A stretch of DNA of 64,000 bases from an uncultured Pseudobdellovibrionaceae bacterium (lineage in GTDB: Bacteria > Bdellovibrionota_B > Oligoflexia > Oligoflexales > Bog-1112): NCBI GenBank assembly GCA_964611335.1, contig CAZSXR010000002.1:134354-198353 (forward strand). Direction: 5' to 3'. Every line of letters starts with the position of its first letter. Position 1 is the first letter of the stretch. The position numbers and the translations under genes are program-made. The notes beneath the pieces were generated by a model that searched no databases, was not told the origin of the DNA, and saw only the letters and a list, made by a program, of their open reading frames with translations. Below are positions 19,304-29,325 of the stretch, in pieces.

Positions 19304-20518
19304 ATGTTTAAGAAGTTTCGGAGCAAAACTTTCTACCGTTTTCTACTTGCAATCTTGCTTGTATGTTTTGCAGCAAGAATGGTTTCTATTTTTAAAACTC
19401 ATAGATTTGTAAGTTTGACAGAAGGTTGTGCCGATCACATCACACACATATATTCAGGAATTGCTTTCTGGGATAACGGTTTCGATGTTTACAAAATAAA
19501 GACGCAAAAGCTATTAAACCTCTACTCTGGCCCTGATCGTGATGAATTGATCGAAAGCATGTCCTGGAACCCCAACGAAGTTTTTGCACGCACGAATCAT
19601 CCTGAGACCCCTCTTTTTATAGGATGGGGCATGAATCCGCGCTCCTCTCCCTTTGGCAACTACATCCTGCATGCACCTGCATCTATTGCAGTTCTTTATA
19701 AGATTGCAGATCCGAAAACTATCTATGCTCTCATGATTTTCATATATTTTATTTTTACAATCCTTGCAGGAATTGAAATTTCCAAACAGATTTTTTTCAT
19801 AAATCAAAAACAAGGTAGATTTCTTTTTTTAACAAAACTTGTCATTGTCTTTTTTTTAATAGTCCAACTTATACACTGGTCTTTAGAAGGTTTCTACGAT
19901 CCTGTTGCGATCTATCTCCTCATCAAATCTGTTAGGCATTATGTTGATAGGAAATGGGACAAATCTCTGCTGTTTTTTGGTCTATCTTGGATTATTCATT
20001 TCCGAACTTTATGGTATCTACCACTTGCTATTGCCTGTATATGGCAGCAATCCAAAGAGATTCAGACTCGAAAGCAAATTTTCCGAAGTGCTTTAGGCCT
20101 TTTCCTTGCAAGTTTAGCCTTTGCAAATTTCGTATATTTTAAGTGGCATCTTGATGGCTGGTTTACAAATAACTATTTTTACATGCTCGACAAACACTGG
20201 CCGTTGCAGCTTTCAAAAGGACACTACATTATTTTTCTGAGCAGTTTTCTTGCAGTTTCTATCGAAGCTTATAGAAGGCAATTTCTTCCTGTAAGTCTAT
20301 TGTTGATGATGACTATCTTATGGATGCTGATTCCTCATATGTGTCCATGGCATAGCCTTTTTATGATGCCACTGGTCTTATTGCTTTTCAGAAAAGGACA
20401 GATTTTTGATCTTTGTTTGGGTTTTGTGTTTTATGGGGTCATTGCTAAAACCCTGTTCTTGAATTGGTATATTTTGGATTTTTCTACAGTGAGAAGGTTG
20501 TTTACTTTTTTATTCTAG
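19304..20518 (+). CDS. polytopic membrane protein (GT-C-like topology), unknown function
   Basis: More than 8 hydrophobic segments rich in aromatic residues. ATG at 19304 (MFKKFRSK...). Confidence 0.55.
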   Translation: MFKKFRSKTFYRFLLAILLVCFAARMVSIFKTHRFVSLTEGCADHITHIYSGIAFWDNGFDVYKIKTQKLLNLYSGPDRDELIESMSWNPNEVFARTNHPETPLFIGWGMNPRSSPFGNYILHAPASIAVLYKIADPKTIYALMIFIYFIFTILAGIEISKQIFFINQKQGRFLFLTKLVIVFFLIVQLIHWSLEGFYDPVAIYLLIKSVRHYVDRKWDKSLLFFGLSWIIHFRTLWYLPLAIACIWQQSKEIQTRKQIFRSALGLFLASLAFANFVYFKWHLDGWFTNNYFYMLDKHWPLQLSKGHYIIFLSSFLAVSIEAYRRQFLPVSLLLMMTILWMLIPHMCPWHSLFMMPLVLLLFRKGQIFDLCLGFVFYGVIAKTLFLNWYILDFSTVRRLFTFLF

Positions 20519-20551
20519 CTATCAACTCTAAATAAATTTTGGAAAAAATTC

Positions 20552-21889
20552 GTGAAAAGAATGATACTCACATACATTTGGTTTTGTAGTCTTGCAGTTG
20601 TCTTAGAACTTTTTATGTATTGGGATTGGGATTACGGGATATATCGTGGGCTGCTTATGTTAGCGTTAGGTCTGATCAGTCTTGTCCCTACAGTTTTTTC
20701 ACAAAAACCTCCCAATCTTCCAATTTCCATCTTATATAGGCAGTTATCTTGGTTATTTTTTGCTTTCCTTCTCGGAAATTTTTTATTTTGTTCATTCAAA
20801 AATTATCAAAATGCAAGCAAAGCAGGGGATTTATCCTTTGATCAAGGTCAAAATTCTTATAGAGCTTGGCTTATGTTGAAAAAAGGACATAATCCATATG
20901 GAAAAGATGCAATTCTTGATTCAGTTGAGTTTCATAATCTACTTTCGCAAATTAAAAATAAGAAAGAATGCCTACAACATCTAAATCTAAATCAAATTGA
21001 AAGTTCATTTGATGCCTATTGGAAATCTGTTAGCCCTGAATTACTCAGAAAACTGCGCATAGACATGAAATTAGAAGCAAGTTGTGCTGAGTTCAATCCT
21101 ATCTCAGAGAGTTTAGGGTTTAAGTATGGGCCTGCTCTCATAGGTTTCTATGGTCTATTTATTGATTTTTTTGGACCGGCGGGAATTTTTATAACGCATA
21201 TTTTCTTTTTTATATTCTTTTTAGCTATTGTATTCCTATCTTTCAGAAAAAATTTTTTCTTTTCACCTACTGCTGTTATTGCTTTTTCGATTCTATTGTT
21301 TGTACCAGATGCCTTTCGTACAAATGGTTTTGTAAATTCCGCTTCAGATTCCATACCAACCCTTCTTGCCTGTTCAAGTTTTCTACTCTTAAGTCAGAAG
21401 CAATCCCCTTTATTATCAGCTTTTCTTTTAGCTTTAAGCCTCAGCTCTAAAACTTTTCCAGGACTCCTTTATTTACCAGTCATTGCCTATTTGAATCGAA
21501 AATCCTTTATTTTTTGTATGCTTTTAACTCTCATTTTCCATCTACAATTTATGTTATGGGATATTTCAGGATTTTTTAATGATCTTATTTTCTTCAATTT
21601 AACTCGAACTACAGACTCCACTGCATTCTTACACTTCCTATCTCCAGCACTCCAAAAAACAACCGCATTCTTCTCAACTTTATGCATCTTTCTTGTCATT
21701 GTATACTACTGGAAAAAGTCATATCCTGTATGGAATAGTTGGAGAATTCTTATTATAAGTCATGTGCTAACACTTTTTTCTGCTAAGACTTTTCACAACA
21801 ATTATTTATCCTGGATTCAAGTACTTTTAGCTTTGTGGACTCTTTATTTATTAAGGAGTAATTCATCATTTCGAGATAACATTCTATAA
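20552..21889 (+). CDS. polytopic membrane protein (GT-C / DUF2029-like topology), unknown function
   Basis: 445 aa with many TM segments and a soluble loop of about 100 aa after TM3. Confidence 0.55.
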   Translation: MKRMILTYIWFCSLAVVLELFMYWDWDYGIYRGLLMLALGLISLVPTVFSQKPPNLPISILYRQLSWLFFAFLLGNFLFCSFKNYQNASKAGDLSFDQGQNSYRAWLMLKKGHNPYGKDAILDSVEFHNLLSQIKNKKECLQHLNLNQIESSFDAYWKSVSPELLRKLRIDMKLEASCAEFNPISESLGFKYGPALIGFYGLFIDFFGPAGIFITHIFFFIFFLAIVFLSFRKNFFFSPTAVIAFSILLFVPDAFRTNGFVNSASDSIPTLLACSSFLLLSQKQSPLLSAFLLALSLSSKTFPGLLYLPVIAYLNRKSFIFCMLLTLIFHLQFMLWDISGFFNDLIFFNLTRTTDSTAFLHFLSPALQKTTAFFSTLCIFLVIVYYWKKSYPVWNSWRILIISHVLTLFSAKTFHNNYLSWIQVLLALWTLYLLRSNSSFRDNIL

Positions 21890-21973
21890 AGAAAATAATC
21901 AAAACCACCACAGCTTTGACTGCCGTGATGACAAAATAATTGTTTTAAAAAAGATCTTGCTCTCAAACTTCTC

Positions 21974-22002
21974 TTAAAGTACTGTTAGCTACGGTACTTT
22001 AA
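21974..22002. promoter_or_regulatory. inverted repeat (candidate TA operator) directly upstream of the toxin RBS
   Basis: TTAAAGTAC (21974-21982), an 11-nt spacer, then GTACTTTAA (21994-22002): perfect 9-bp arms. GGAGG at 22006-22010 and TTG at 22016 follow. Confidence 0.5.
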
Positions 22003-22015
22003 TTCGGAGGAGAAT

Positions 22016-22299
22016 TTGAAAAAATCGCTGGTATTTCTTTCGAAAAAAGCGGAAAAACAAGTAAACAGCTTCCTCAATACATAAAGGAAGCTGTTTACTT
22101 GTGGTCAAGGACTGTTGAAAAAATTGGCATTCAAGAAGCAAGAAAGTGTCCAGGGTACCACGATGAACCTTTAAAGGGCGATCTCGCTGGACAAAGGTCT
22201 GTTAGATTAAATAAAGCTTATAGACTTTTTTACGAAGAAACGAATAAACAAATAGAAATTACTATACTGGTAATAGAGGTTAATAAACATGACTACTAA
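22016..22299 (+). pseudogene. RelE/HigB-family type II toxin, frameshifted
   Basis: GGAGG-N5-TTG opens LKKSLVFLSKKAEKQVN..., which stops at 22082-22084. The rest of the family-typical sequence (KQLPQYIKEAVYLWSRTVEKIG...VRLNKAYRLFYEE...VIEVNKHDY) continues in the -1 frame with no canonical start before 22099. The shift lies at about 22053-22066, within A-runs. Confidence 0.7.
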
Positions 22300-22594
22300 A
22301 AAAAGAGCAGTCACTGAACTTTCAAAATCTGTAGGTCCTCTTAGCTTTGGAATGTTTTTGCGCATTGCAAGAACATCCTTGGATTTAACTCAAAGTGAAA
22401 TGGCTTTCATTCTAGACATTTCAAAATCCAACCTTTGCGATATAGAAAAAGGAAGACAACTTGTAAGTCCCGAGTTTGCCAAAAAAGTTGCCAAAAAAGC
22501 TGGACTGTCACAAGAACTTGCCGTGCAAGCCTGCTTACAAGACCAGCTTAAAAAAGCAAAACTTAAATACCAAGTAAGCCTAAGCGCTTCCTGA
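22289..22594 (+). CDS. XRE-family HTH antitoxin (HigA-like)
   Basis: LTQSEMAFILDISKSNLCDIEKGRQ helix-turn-helix. It overlaps the toxin 3' end by 11 nt, giving the toxin-first HigBA-type order. Confidence 0.8.
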   Translation: MTTKKRAVTELSKSVGPLSFGMFLRIARTSLDLTQSEMAFILDISKSNLCDIEKGRQLVSPEFAKKVAKKAGLSQELAVQACLQDQLKKAKLKYQVSLSAS

Positions 22595-22596
22595 AG

Positions 22597-23799
22597 CTAA
22601 CCCAGATAATAAACAGACACTAAATAGTGACTGTAAAAAGTCACTGCAAGTAAAACCACCATAAATATCGCAAACAGTTTCCTCGAAAAAATCCCACTCA
22701 GTCTATCTATGGCAAAAGCGCTCAAAACATTGCCCATGCAAACTGCAAATATAATCATGCGACCAGGCGTTCGCATATGTTGAAAAATCAAAGCTGACTT
22801 CATAAACAAAGTATACGGAGCCCACGGAGCAAAAGGGCCTAGCGCACAAAGAATGCTGAATACAAAGACAATACTCATTGCATAAATTGCCTGAGGTGTT
22901 TCTTTCTTCGAAAGAAAGTTACTCAAAAGAGCAATAACAATCAAAATTAGCATCGTTGAACCAAGATACCCTTCGGCATTCGGATTTAAAACATCTTTCA
23001 TTTTCATAGAAAAATTTAAATTATCGGAAATAGAATAGGAGTTACGTACAGAGAAACGCCCCGTTTTAATAAGCAAAGGAAAGGAAACTAAAAAAGCCGC
23101 AGAAAGACCTGTGATCAACGACACGACGTAGCGTTTTCTAAAGACAACTCTGTAATCTCTTGCCAAAATATAAAGAGGAAGCATAACCATCATAAAGATA
23201 GAAAAATGCTCATTTGATAAAAGCAAAAGACCTAAAGCAAGTCCCAAACTCACACTGCGTTTGAAAGAAGGTCCATATTTGAAAATATTTTCTGTAAGTA
23301 GAAAAATAAGTGGTATCCAAAAAATTTGGATCTGATTTCCGTGACCATGCAACATGTGGTGAATAAGAAAGGCACTAGAACTGTACATGAATGCAGCGTA
23401 GAGGCACCCAATTGTATTTTTACTGAAACAACGCGCAAACTTATACATGCACAAACCTGCAAGGATGACGGAAAGGAAAAGCATAAGGTTGTGAGCAACT
23501 AGGGGACTGGAAAAAAAAGAAAGCAAAGTTGCGAGACTTAAATAAGTGAAGGAGGGAGAAAAACGAGGATTCAGTATAGCTTCCTGGAAGACAAAGATAT
23601 GATTATGAAAATTATTCAGTACAGTTTGAATAGAACTCAGAAAGCTCTGCACGTCACTGGCATTTAAAAAACCTTCATCACGAATACGGATCCAAGGTTG
23701 GTCGAGATGCAACATAAGTGGAAAGGTAATAACAAGAGGAGAGAGCAAGATCAGAGTAAGAACTAGAAATTGATTCCATACCTTTCTTTGAACTCGCAT
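22597..23799 (-). CDS. polytopic membrane protein, unknown function
   Basis: 400 aa with 10 or more hydrophobic segments. No motif recognised. Confidence 0.5.
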   Translation of the reverse strand: MRVQRKVWNQFLVLTLILLSPLVITFPLMLHLDQPWIRIRDEGFLNASDVQSFLSSIQTVLNNFHNHIFVFQEAILNPRFSPSFTYLSLATLLSFFSSPLVAHNLMLFLSVILAGLCMYKFARCFSKNTIGCLYAAFMYSSSAFLIHHMLHGHGNQIQIFWIPLIFLLTENIFKYGPSFKRSVSLGLALGLLLLSNEHFSIFMMVMLPLYILARDYRVVFRKRYVVSLITGLSAAFLVSFPLLIKTGRFSVRNSYSISDNLNFSMKMKDVLNPNAEGYLGSTMLILIVIALLSNFLSKKETPQAIYAMSIVFVFSILCALGPFAPWAPYTLFMKSALIFQHMRTPGRMIIFAVCMGNVLSAFAIDRLSGIFSRKLFAIFMVVLLAVTFYSHYLVSVYYLG

Positions 23800-23942
23800 A
23801 TCTCGCGCCTCTCTTGGAAAATTTAAGCTTTAAATCGCCAAAGTTCTCGCACAGAACGATTTTTATCTAGACTTCGTTCGCATCTTGAGTACATAAAATG
23901 TTTCATGCCATAATAGCTCGAACACAAAACAAAGGGTGTATC

Positions 23943-24623
23943 ATGTCAAAAATTCTATTCTCTCTATTTATGAGTTTATCTCTTGTCTCCTGCAATTGCG
24001 AAAAAAATCCAAGTTCCACTACAAATTCCACTGATAAAGACAAGATTATTTACACAATTGGTCAGATGTATGCTCGACGTATAGACTACCTCCGACTCGA
24101 TAAAAACGAAGTCGAAACACTGATCAAAGGCGCACAAGACTGGCTTAAAAACCAAAAATCCGATGTCGACTTTGAAAAAACTCGCCCGCTGGTTCAGAAC
24201 TTCATTGAAACCCGAATGAGCGAAGGAGCTAAAGTAGAAAAAGAGAAAGGAAAGAAATACCTCGAAGAATTCCTTAAAAAAGGTGGAAAACTGACTTCTT
24301 CAGGTCTTGCATACGAGATTGTCAAACCAGGCTCCAATGTTAAACCAGGTCCTAACGATACCGTTGAGGTCCACTATCACGGTACCTTCATCGATGGCAC
24401 CGTCTTTGACTCTTCCGTAGATCGTAAAGAAAAAGCAAACTTTCCTCTCGATGTCGTCATCAAAGGGTGGCAGGAAGGTATGCAGTTGATTGGAGAGGGT
24501 GGAGAAATCAAATTGGTTGTACCTTCAGACCTCGCTTATGGAGACCGTGGGTCCAGTCCAAAAATCCCAGGTGGCGCTACACTCCTCTTCGATGTAACCC
24601 TATTCAAGATTACGAAGCGCTAA
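23943..24623 (+). CDS. FKBP-type peptidyl-prolyl cis-trans isomerase lipoprotein (FkpA/Mip-like)
   Basis: Lipobox SLSLVSC. C-terminal FKBP domain VEVHYHGTFIDGTVFDSS ... IPGGATLLFDVTL. Confidence 0.9.
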   Translation: MSKILFSLFMSLSLVSCNCEKNPSSTTNSTDKDKIIYTIGQMYARRIDYLRLDKNEVETLIKGAQDWLKNQKSDVDFEKTRPLVQNFIETRMSEGAKVEKEKGKKYLEEFLKKGGKLTSSGLAYEIVKPGSNVKPGPNDTVEVHYHGTFIDGTVFDSSVDRKEKANFPLDVVIKGWQEGMQLIGEGGEIKLVVPSDLAYGDRGSSPKIPGGATLLFDVTLFKITKR

Positions 24624-26432
24624 AAGCAATTTCTCTGCAATAACTTTCGATACTTTTGCAGACTTCATCCACTCTTCTACCGAATAAGACTTAGCCGTAT
24701 CCCCCTCTTTTAAAAGAACTAGGATACGTTTTTTTGTTTCCGGACCAATTCCTTGAATATCATCGACAAAGGATTTAAGGGAAAGTTTTCCTCTACGTTT
24801 ACGATGATGTGTAATCGCAAAGCGATGAGCTTCATCACGGAGCTGTGTGAGGATCTGGTATTCGGAGCTGCCTTCTTTTAAAACGAAGTGCTCACTTTTA
24901 CCGGGAAAAAAGACCCTTTCTTCCGTTTGCAAACGTTTGTCATCTCCCTCGTGAGATACATGATTTTTTGCAAGAGACCTGATGTCAAAATCAAATTCGG
25001 GAAATTCTTTTGCAACAGCTAAAACTGAAGAGAGTTGTCCTTTGCCTCCGTCGATAACCAAGAGATCAGGAAGTTCCTGTGAATGCTGCAAAGATTTAAA
25101 GTATCGTTTCATCACATGACGTATAGAGCCATAGTCATCAGGACTCTCTCTGTAATCTTCAATGTTGTACAACTTGTAATGATCTTTTGCTGCTTTAGCT
25201 CCTATAAAGCAAACTTGTGAAGCTACAATCGCAGTCCCCTGTATGTTGGAAATGTCAAAACAATCGATACGGAAAGGAAATTTTTCAAGTTGAAGTTTAT
25301 CTTTCAGATTCTCTAGAATGATTTTCTCTTTAGCTTTCTTAGTAAGAGATTCTTCCAAATGATAACGTGAATTGGTTGTGGATAAATCCACTAGACTTTT
25401 TTTCTGTCCTCTTTGTGGACAAAGTATTTTCAACGTTTTGTATTCGGAAATAGAAGATAAATAAGTTTCCAGTGTTTTATCTTTCAAATCTAAAGGAATG
25501 TAAATTTCAGGAGGAAGCATTTTCTTTTCATAATATTGGAGAAGAAAATCACTCAGTGCTTTTTCCAAATCGGAAAGACGCATCGGAGTTATAAAATTAT
25601 CTCGTCCTGTAATTTTTCCTTCCCGAATATTTAAAACATGGAAAGAGATGTGATCCTGATCTTGGGAGAACCCAATGGCATCACAGTCCTGTATACTTTT
25701 AGTAACAACGTTTTGTGCTTGAGTGATAACTTTCAAAGCAAGGATTTGATCGCGATAACGTGCTGCAAGTTCATAGCGTTCTTCTTCGGCTGCCTGACCC
25801 ATCTGTTCTTTAATTTTGCGTAAAACACTTTTGTCTTTGCCTTGCAAAAAATCTATAGCGTTCTGCATCATAGATTTGTACATGGTATTATCAACAGGCA
25901 ATGTGCAAGGACCTAAGCAACGTTTCATTGCATAGTAATTGCAGGGTCTTGTTACCGTTTTGAATGTGTATTCATTGCATCGAATCAGTGGAAATATTCT
26001 GTAGGTTAATTCTAAAATAGTATTTAAATGACCTACATGGGAGAAGGGACCCAAATAAACCGCACCGTCTGCTTTTCTCTTTCTCACTTTTTTTATACGA
26101 GGCCATTTATTTTGCATGTCGATTTTCAAATATGGGTACTCTTTATCGTCCCGCAAAATAATGTTGAAGTCTGGTTTGTGCTCCTTGATGAGATTGCGTT
26201 CGAGAAGCAGAGCTTCGACTTCGTTTGTAAGTAAAATGACTTCAAAATCCGCAATGACGTGTACAAGTATCTGTGTTTTCGGATCTTCTATTTTTCTTAG
26301 AAAGTAGGAACTCAATCTCGATTTTAAGTTCTTTGCTTTTCCTACGTAGAGAACTTTGCCTTTGCTATCTTTCATAAGATAGACACCGAAGGTTTCAGGC
26401 ACGCGTTTTAATTTGTCCTTTATCTCACTCAT
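24600..26432 (-). CDS. uvrC: excinuclease ABC subunit C
   Basis: GIY-YIG N-terminus (GVYLMKD..GKVLYVGKAKNL), UVR domain, RNase-H-like endonuclease region and C-terminal HhH. Confidence 0.96.
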   Translation of the reverse strand: MSEIKDKLKRVPETFGVYLMKDSKGKVLYVGKAKNLKSRLSSYFLRKIEDPKTQILVHVIADFEVILLTNEVEALLLERNLIKEHKPDFNIILRDDKEYPYLKIDMQNKWPRIKKVRKRKADGAVYLGPFSHVGHLNTILELTYRIFPLIRCNEYTFKTVTRPCNYYAMKRCLGPCTLPVDNTMYKSMMQNAIDFLQGKDKSVLRKIKEQMGQAAEEERYELAARYRDQILALKVITQAQNVVTKSIQDCDAIGFSQDQDHISFHVLNIREGKITGRDNFITPMRLSDLEKALSDFLLQYYEKKMLPPEIYIPLDLKDKTLETYLSSISEYKTLKILCPQRGQKKSLVDLSTTNSRYHLEESLTKKAKEKIILENLKDKLQLEKFPFRIDCFDISNIQGTAIVASQVCFIGAKAAKDHYKLYNIEDYRESPDDYGSIRHVMKRYFKSLQHSQELPDLLVIDGGKGQLSSVLAVAKEFPEFDFDIRSLAKNHVSHEGDDKRLQTEERVFFPGKSEHFVLKEGSSEYQILTQLRDEAHRFAITHHRKRRGKLSLKSFVDDIQGIGPETKKRILVLLKEGDTAKSYSVEEWMKSAKVSKVIAEKLLLALRNLE

Positions 26433-28458
26433 TCATTTCGCTCCCATAAACCAGAAGCAAAGCTTTCATCTGACGGATTTCATCACGAAGTTCTGCAGCT
26501 TTTTCAAATTCCATACGTGTTGCATAAGACTTCATAACTTTAGACTGTCTACGAATTGCTTTTTCAAGTTCTGCAACAGTCTTATACTGCGTTCTTAAAT
26601 GATCAAAATTCTCTGTTGTTTTTTCATCATCCACTTCTTCTTTCTCTGCAAGCCCATACATTGCACGAAGGTCTTTGGGCAGTTCCTTCATAATTGTTTG
26701 CGGGTGAATATTATGAAGAATGTTGTACTCTATCTGTTTCTGTCTACGACGACTAGTTTCACCCATAGCAGAACTCATAGAATCGGTGATACGGTCAGCA
26801 TAGAAAATAACACGAGACTGATGATTTCTGGCAGCTCTACCGACGATCTGAATCAATGAGGTATGAGATCTTAAAAATCCTTCTTTATCTGCATCCATAA
26901 CCGCAACAAGATTGACTTCGGGTAAATCCAAACCTTCTCTGAGCAAATTGATTCCTACAAGAATGTCAAAATCACCTTTTCGTAGAGAACGTAAAAGATT
27001 AGCTCTCTCCAAAGTGTCTATGTCGGAATGCAGATATTTTATTTTGAATCCCAAATCTGAGTAATATTCTGTTAAATCTTCCGCCATCTTTTTAGTTAGG
27101 GTCGTAATCAAAACTCGTCCTTTGAGATCCGTCGCTCGTTTCATTTCTACGAGTAAGTCATCCACCTGATGTTTTGCAGGACGAACGATAATTTCGGGAT
27201 CGACAAGACCTGTAGGTCGTATGATCTGCTCCGAAATTTTCCCCTGAGAAAAATAAAGTTCCTCGTCACTAGGCGTTGCGGAAACATAAAGAATCTGGTT
27301 ATTTCGAGCAAGAAACTCCTCGAAATTCAAAGGTCTGTTATCCAACGCTGATGGTAAACGGAATCCGTATTCAACGAGAGTTGTTTTACGAGCACGGTCT
27401 CCACGATACATTCCGTGGAGCTGAGGAAGTGTAATGTGACTCTCATCTATAATGGTAATGAAGTCGGGTGGAAAATAGTCGAGTAAGCAAGGAGGTGGCT
27501 CTCCAGGTTTTTTTCCTGAAAGGTAACGAGAATAGTTTTCAATACCGGGACAGAAACCAAGCTGTTCAAGAGTTTCAATGTCATGCATGGTTCTTTGTTC
27601 AAGACGTTGCTGTTCTAATAAGCGGTTCTGCTCTTTGAACTGACGAAGGCGGGTTCCTAGATCCTCTAAAATAGAACGGATCACATCTTTCAAATTTTTC
27701 TGATCGGTAACGTAATGACTGTTGGGATACAAAGTTAAGGTATCGAGACTTTCTTTTTTAATCCCTGTTATGGAATCGATAAGATCGAGCCTTTCAATCT
27801 TATCCTGATCGAAATAGATACGAAGCGCGGTGTCGTTTTCATTAGACGGGAGCACATCGATAACATCTCCCCGAACTCTAAAATGTCCGCGGACTAAGTT
27901 TTGATCATTTCTTTCATATTGAATGTCGATGAGGGAACGCATGAATGCGTTACGACTAACCTCTTCTCCAACTGCAATACGAACCGCTCTTTGTGAGTAC
28001 GCATCAGGAGCACCGAGACCGTAAATACAACTGACACTTGCAACGATGATCACTGCTTTTTCTTCGAAAAGCATTTGTGTGGCATTATGACGCATCTTGT
28101 CGATGTCATCATTGATGGCACTATCTTTAGCAATGTAGGTATCGGTTGAAGGAACGTAAGCTTCAGGTTGGTAGTAATCGTAGTAACTGATGAAAAAACC
28201 AACAGCATTATTGGGAAATAAGTTTTTTAATTCCATATAAAGCTGCGCTGCTAAAGTTTTATTGGGAGCGATAATAAGTGCAGAGCGATTTAATTCTGCA
28301 ATCACGTGTGCCATTGTGAATGTTTTACCGGAACCCGTGACGCCGAGAAGGGTGTGATGCTTATCTCCACGTTGAAAAGCGCTCACAATATTTTTTATTG
28401 CTTGCGGTTGGTCACCAGATGGTTGAAAAAGAGATTGGATGTTGAATATTTTTTCCAT
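26425..28458 (-). CDS. uvrB: excinuclease ABC subunit B
   Basis: GVTGSGKTFTMA P-loop, DESH box, helicase C motifs and a C-terminal UVR domain (MEFEKAAELRDEI). It overlaps the uvrC start by 8 nt. Confidence 0.97.
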   Translation of the reverse strand: MEKIFNIQSLFQPSGDQPQAIKNIVSAFQRGDKHHTLLGVTGSGKTFTMAHVIAELNRSALIIAPNKTLAAQLYMELKNLFPNNAVGFFISYYDYYQPEAYVPSTDTYIAKDSAINDDIDKMRHNATQMLFEEKAVIIVASVSCIYGLGAPDAYSQRAVRIAVGEEVSRNAFMRSLIDIQYERNDQNLVRGHFRVRGDVIDVLPSNENDTALRIYFDQDKIERLDLIDSITGIKKESLDTLTLYPNSHYVTDQKNLKDVIRSILEDLGTRLRQFKEQNRLLEQQRLEQRTMHDIETLEQLGFCPGIENYSRYLSGKKPGEPPPCLLDYFPPDFITIIDESHITLPQLHGMYRGDRARKTTLVEYGFRLPSALDNRPLNFEEFLARNNQILYVSATPSDEELYFSQGKISEQIIRPTGLVDPEIIVRPAKHQVDDLLVEMKRATDLKGRVLITTLTKKMAEDLTEYYSDLGFKIKYLHSDIDTLERANLLRSLRKGDFDILVGINLLREGLDLPEVNLVAVMDADKEGFLRSHTSLIQIVGRAARNHQSRVIFYADRITDSMSSAMGETSRRRQKQIEYNILHNIHPQTIMKELPKDLRAMYGLAEKEEVDDEKTTENFDHLRTQYKTVAELEKAIRRQSKVMKSYATRMEFEKAAELRDEIRQMKALLLVYGSEMNE

Positions 28459-28587
28459 TAATCACTGCCCTTGAGAAGATGTAGAAACTGATTCACATCT
28501 ATGTAAAAATCTTGTCCGACGAAGCAATCTTGTGTTAGTTCATTTATCTGTTGAGTTGTTTGCATCGTTTCTCTTTTTGAAGTTCCG

Positions 28588-29280
28588 TTGCTAGAGTTCT
28601 TTTGGGGAGGCTTGCTCTTGTATTTCATACGACCCTTTTTTGCACTCTGTTGGTTTCTTAGTCTGTCCTCAACAGCTTACTCTAGGTGGATGTCCACATC
28701 GGGAGAACCTGTTGGCAAACCCTCCAAACCTTTCAATACAAATTGGTGGACCTATACCCCAGGAGATTCTGTAGATAATTCTACACAATCGATCTTTGTA
28801 AAGGGATACCATCCTGATCAACCCATCCCCTTTAACCATAGAAGACACGTCACAGAACGTGGCATGCAGTGTGAGTATTGTCACTCCGCAGCTCGTCGTT
28901 CTACCTCAGCGGGAATACCGCCCCTTAACACGTGTGTGGGCTGCCACAAAATTGTGAGCCCCGAACTTCCTGCGATTAAAAAACTCATGGAAGCCTACAA
29001 TAACAACACACCTATTCAGTGGACCAAAGTTCATGATTTACCTGATTATGTGCGCTTTAGCCATAAGGTGCATGTACTCGCGAAAGATCTTTCTGGCAAG
29101 CCTCTCTTAGAATGTCAGAGCTGTCATGGTCAGGTTCAGGGGATGCTCACTGTCGAGCAGTACGCTCCTTTACAGATGGGTTGGTGTGTCGAATGTCATA
29201 ACCGGGTAAAAATACCTGCCCAAAATGGGAAAGCGGCAGTTACCAATGCACCTGTTTCTTGCAACACATGTCATTTTTAG
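28588..29280 (+). CDS. actA: alternative complex III subunit ActA (pentaheme cytochrome c)
   Basis: Five CxxCH motifs (CEYCH, CVGCH, CQSCH, CVECH, CNTCH) after an N-terminal hydrophobic anchor. The start (TTG 28588) is uncertain. Confidence 0.85.
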   Translation: MLEFFWGGLLLYFIRPFFALCWFLSLSSTAYSRWMSTSGEPVGKPSKPFNTNWWTYTPGDSVDNSTQSIFVKGYHPDQPIPFNHRRHVTERGMQCEYCHSAARRSTSAGIPPLNTCVGCHKIVSPELPAIKKLMEAYNNNTPIQWTKVHDLPDYVRFSHKVHVLAKDLSGKPLLECQSCHGQVQGMLTVEQYAPLQMGWCVECHNRVKIPAQNGKAAVTNAPVSCNTCHF

Positions 29281-29325
29281 AGGCGTTCGTTTTTGTCATT
29301 CATTGAGTATTGAGATGGTTTTAAC

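Noticed and set aside
21974-22002. Inverted repeat as the terminator of the upstream membrane-protein gene
   Set aside because: The stem is AT-rich with an 11-nt loop and is not followed by a T-run. Its position directly before the toxin RBS fits an operator better.
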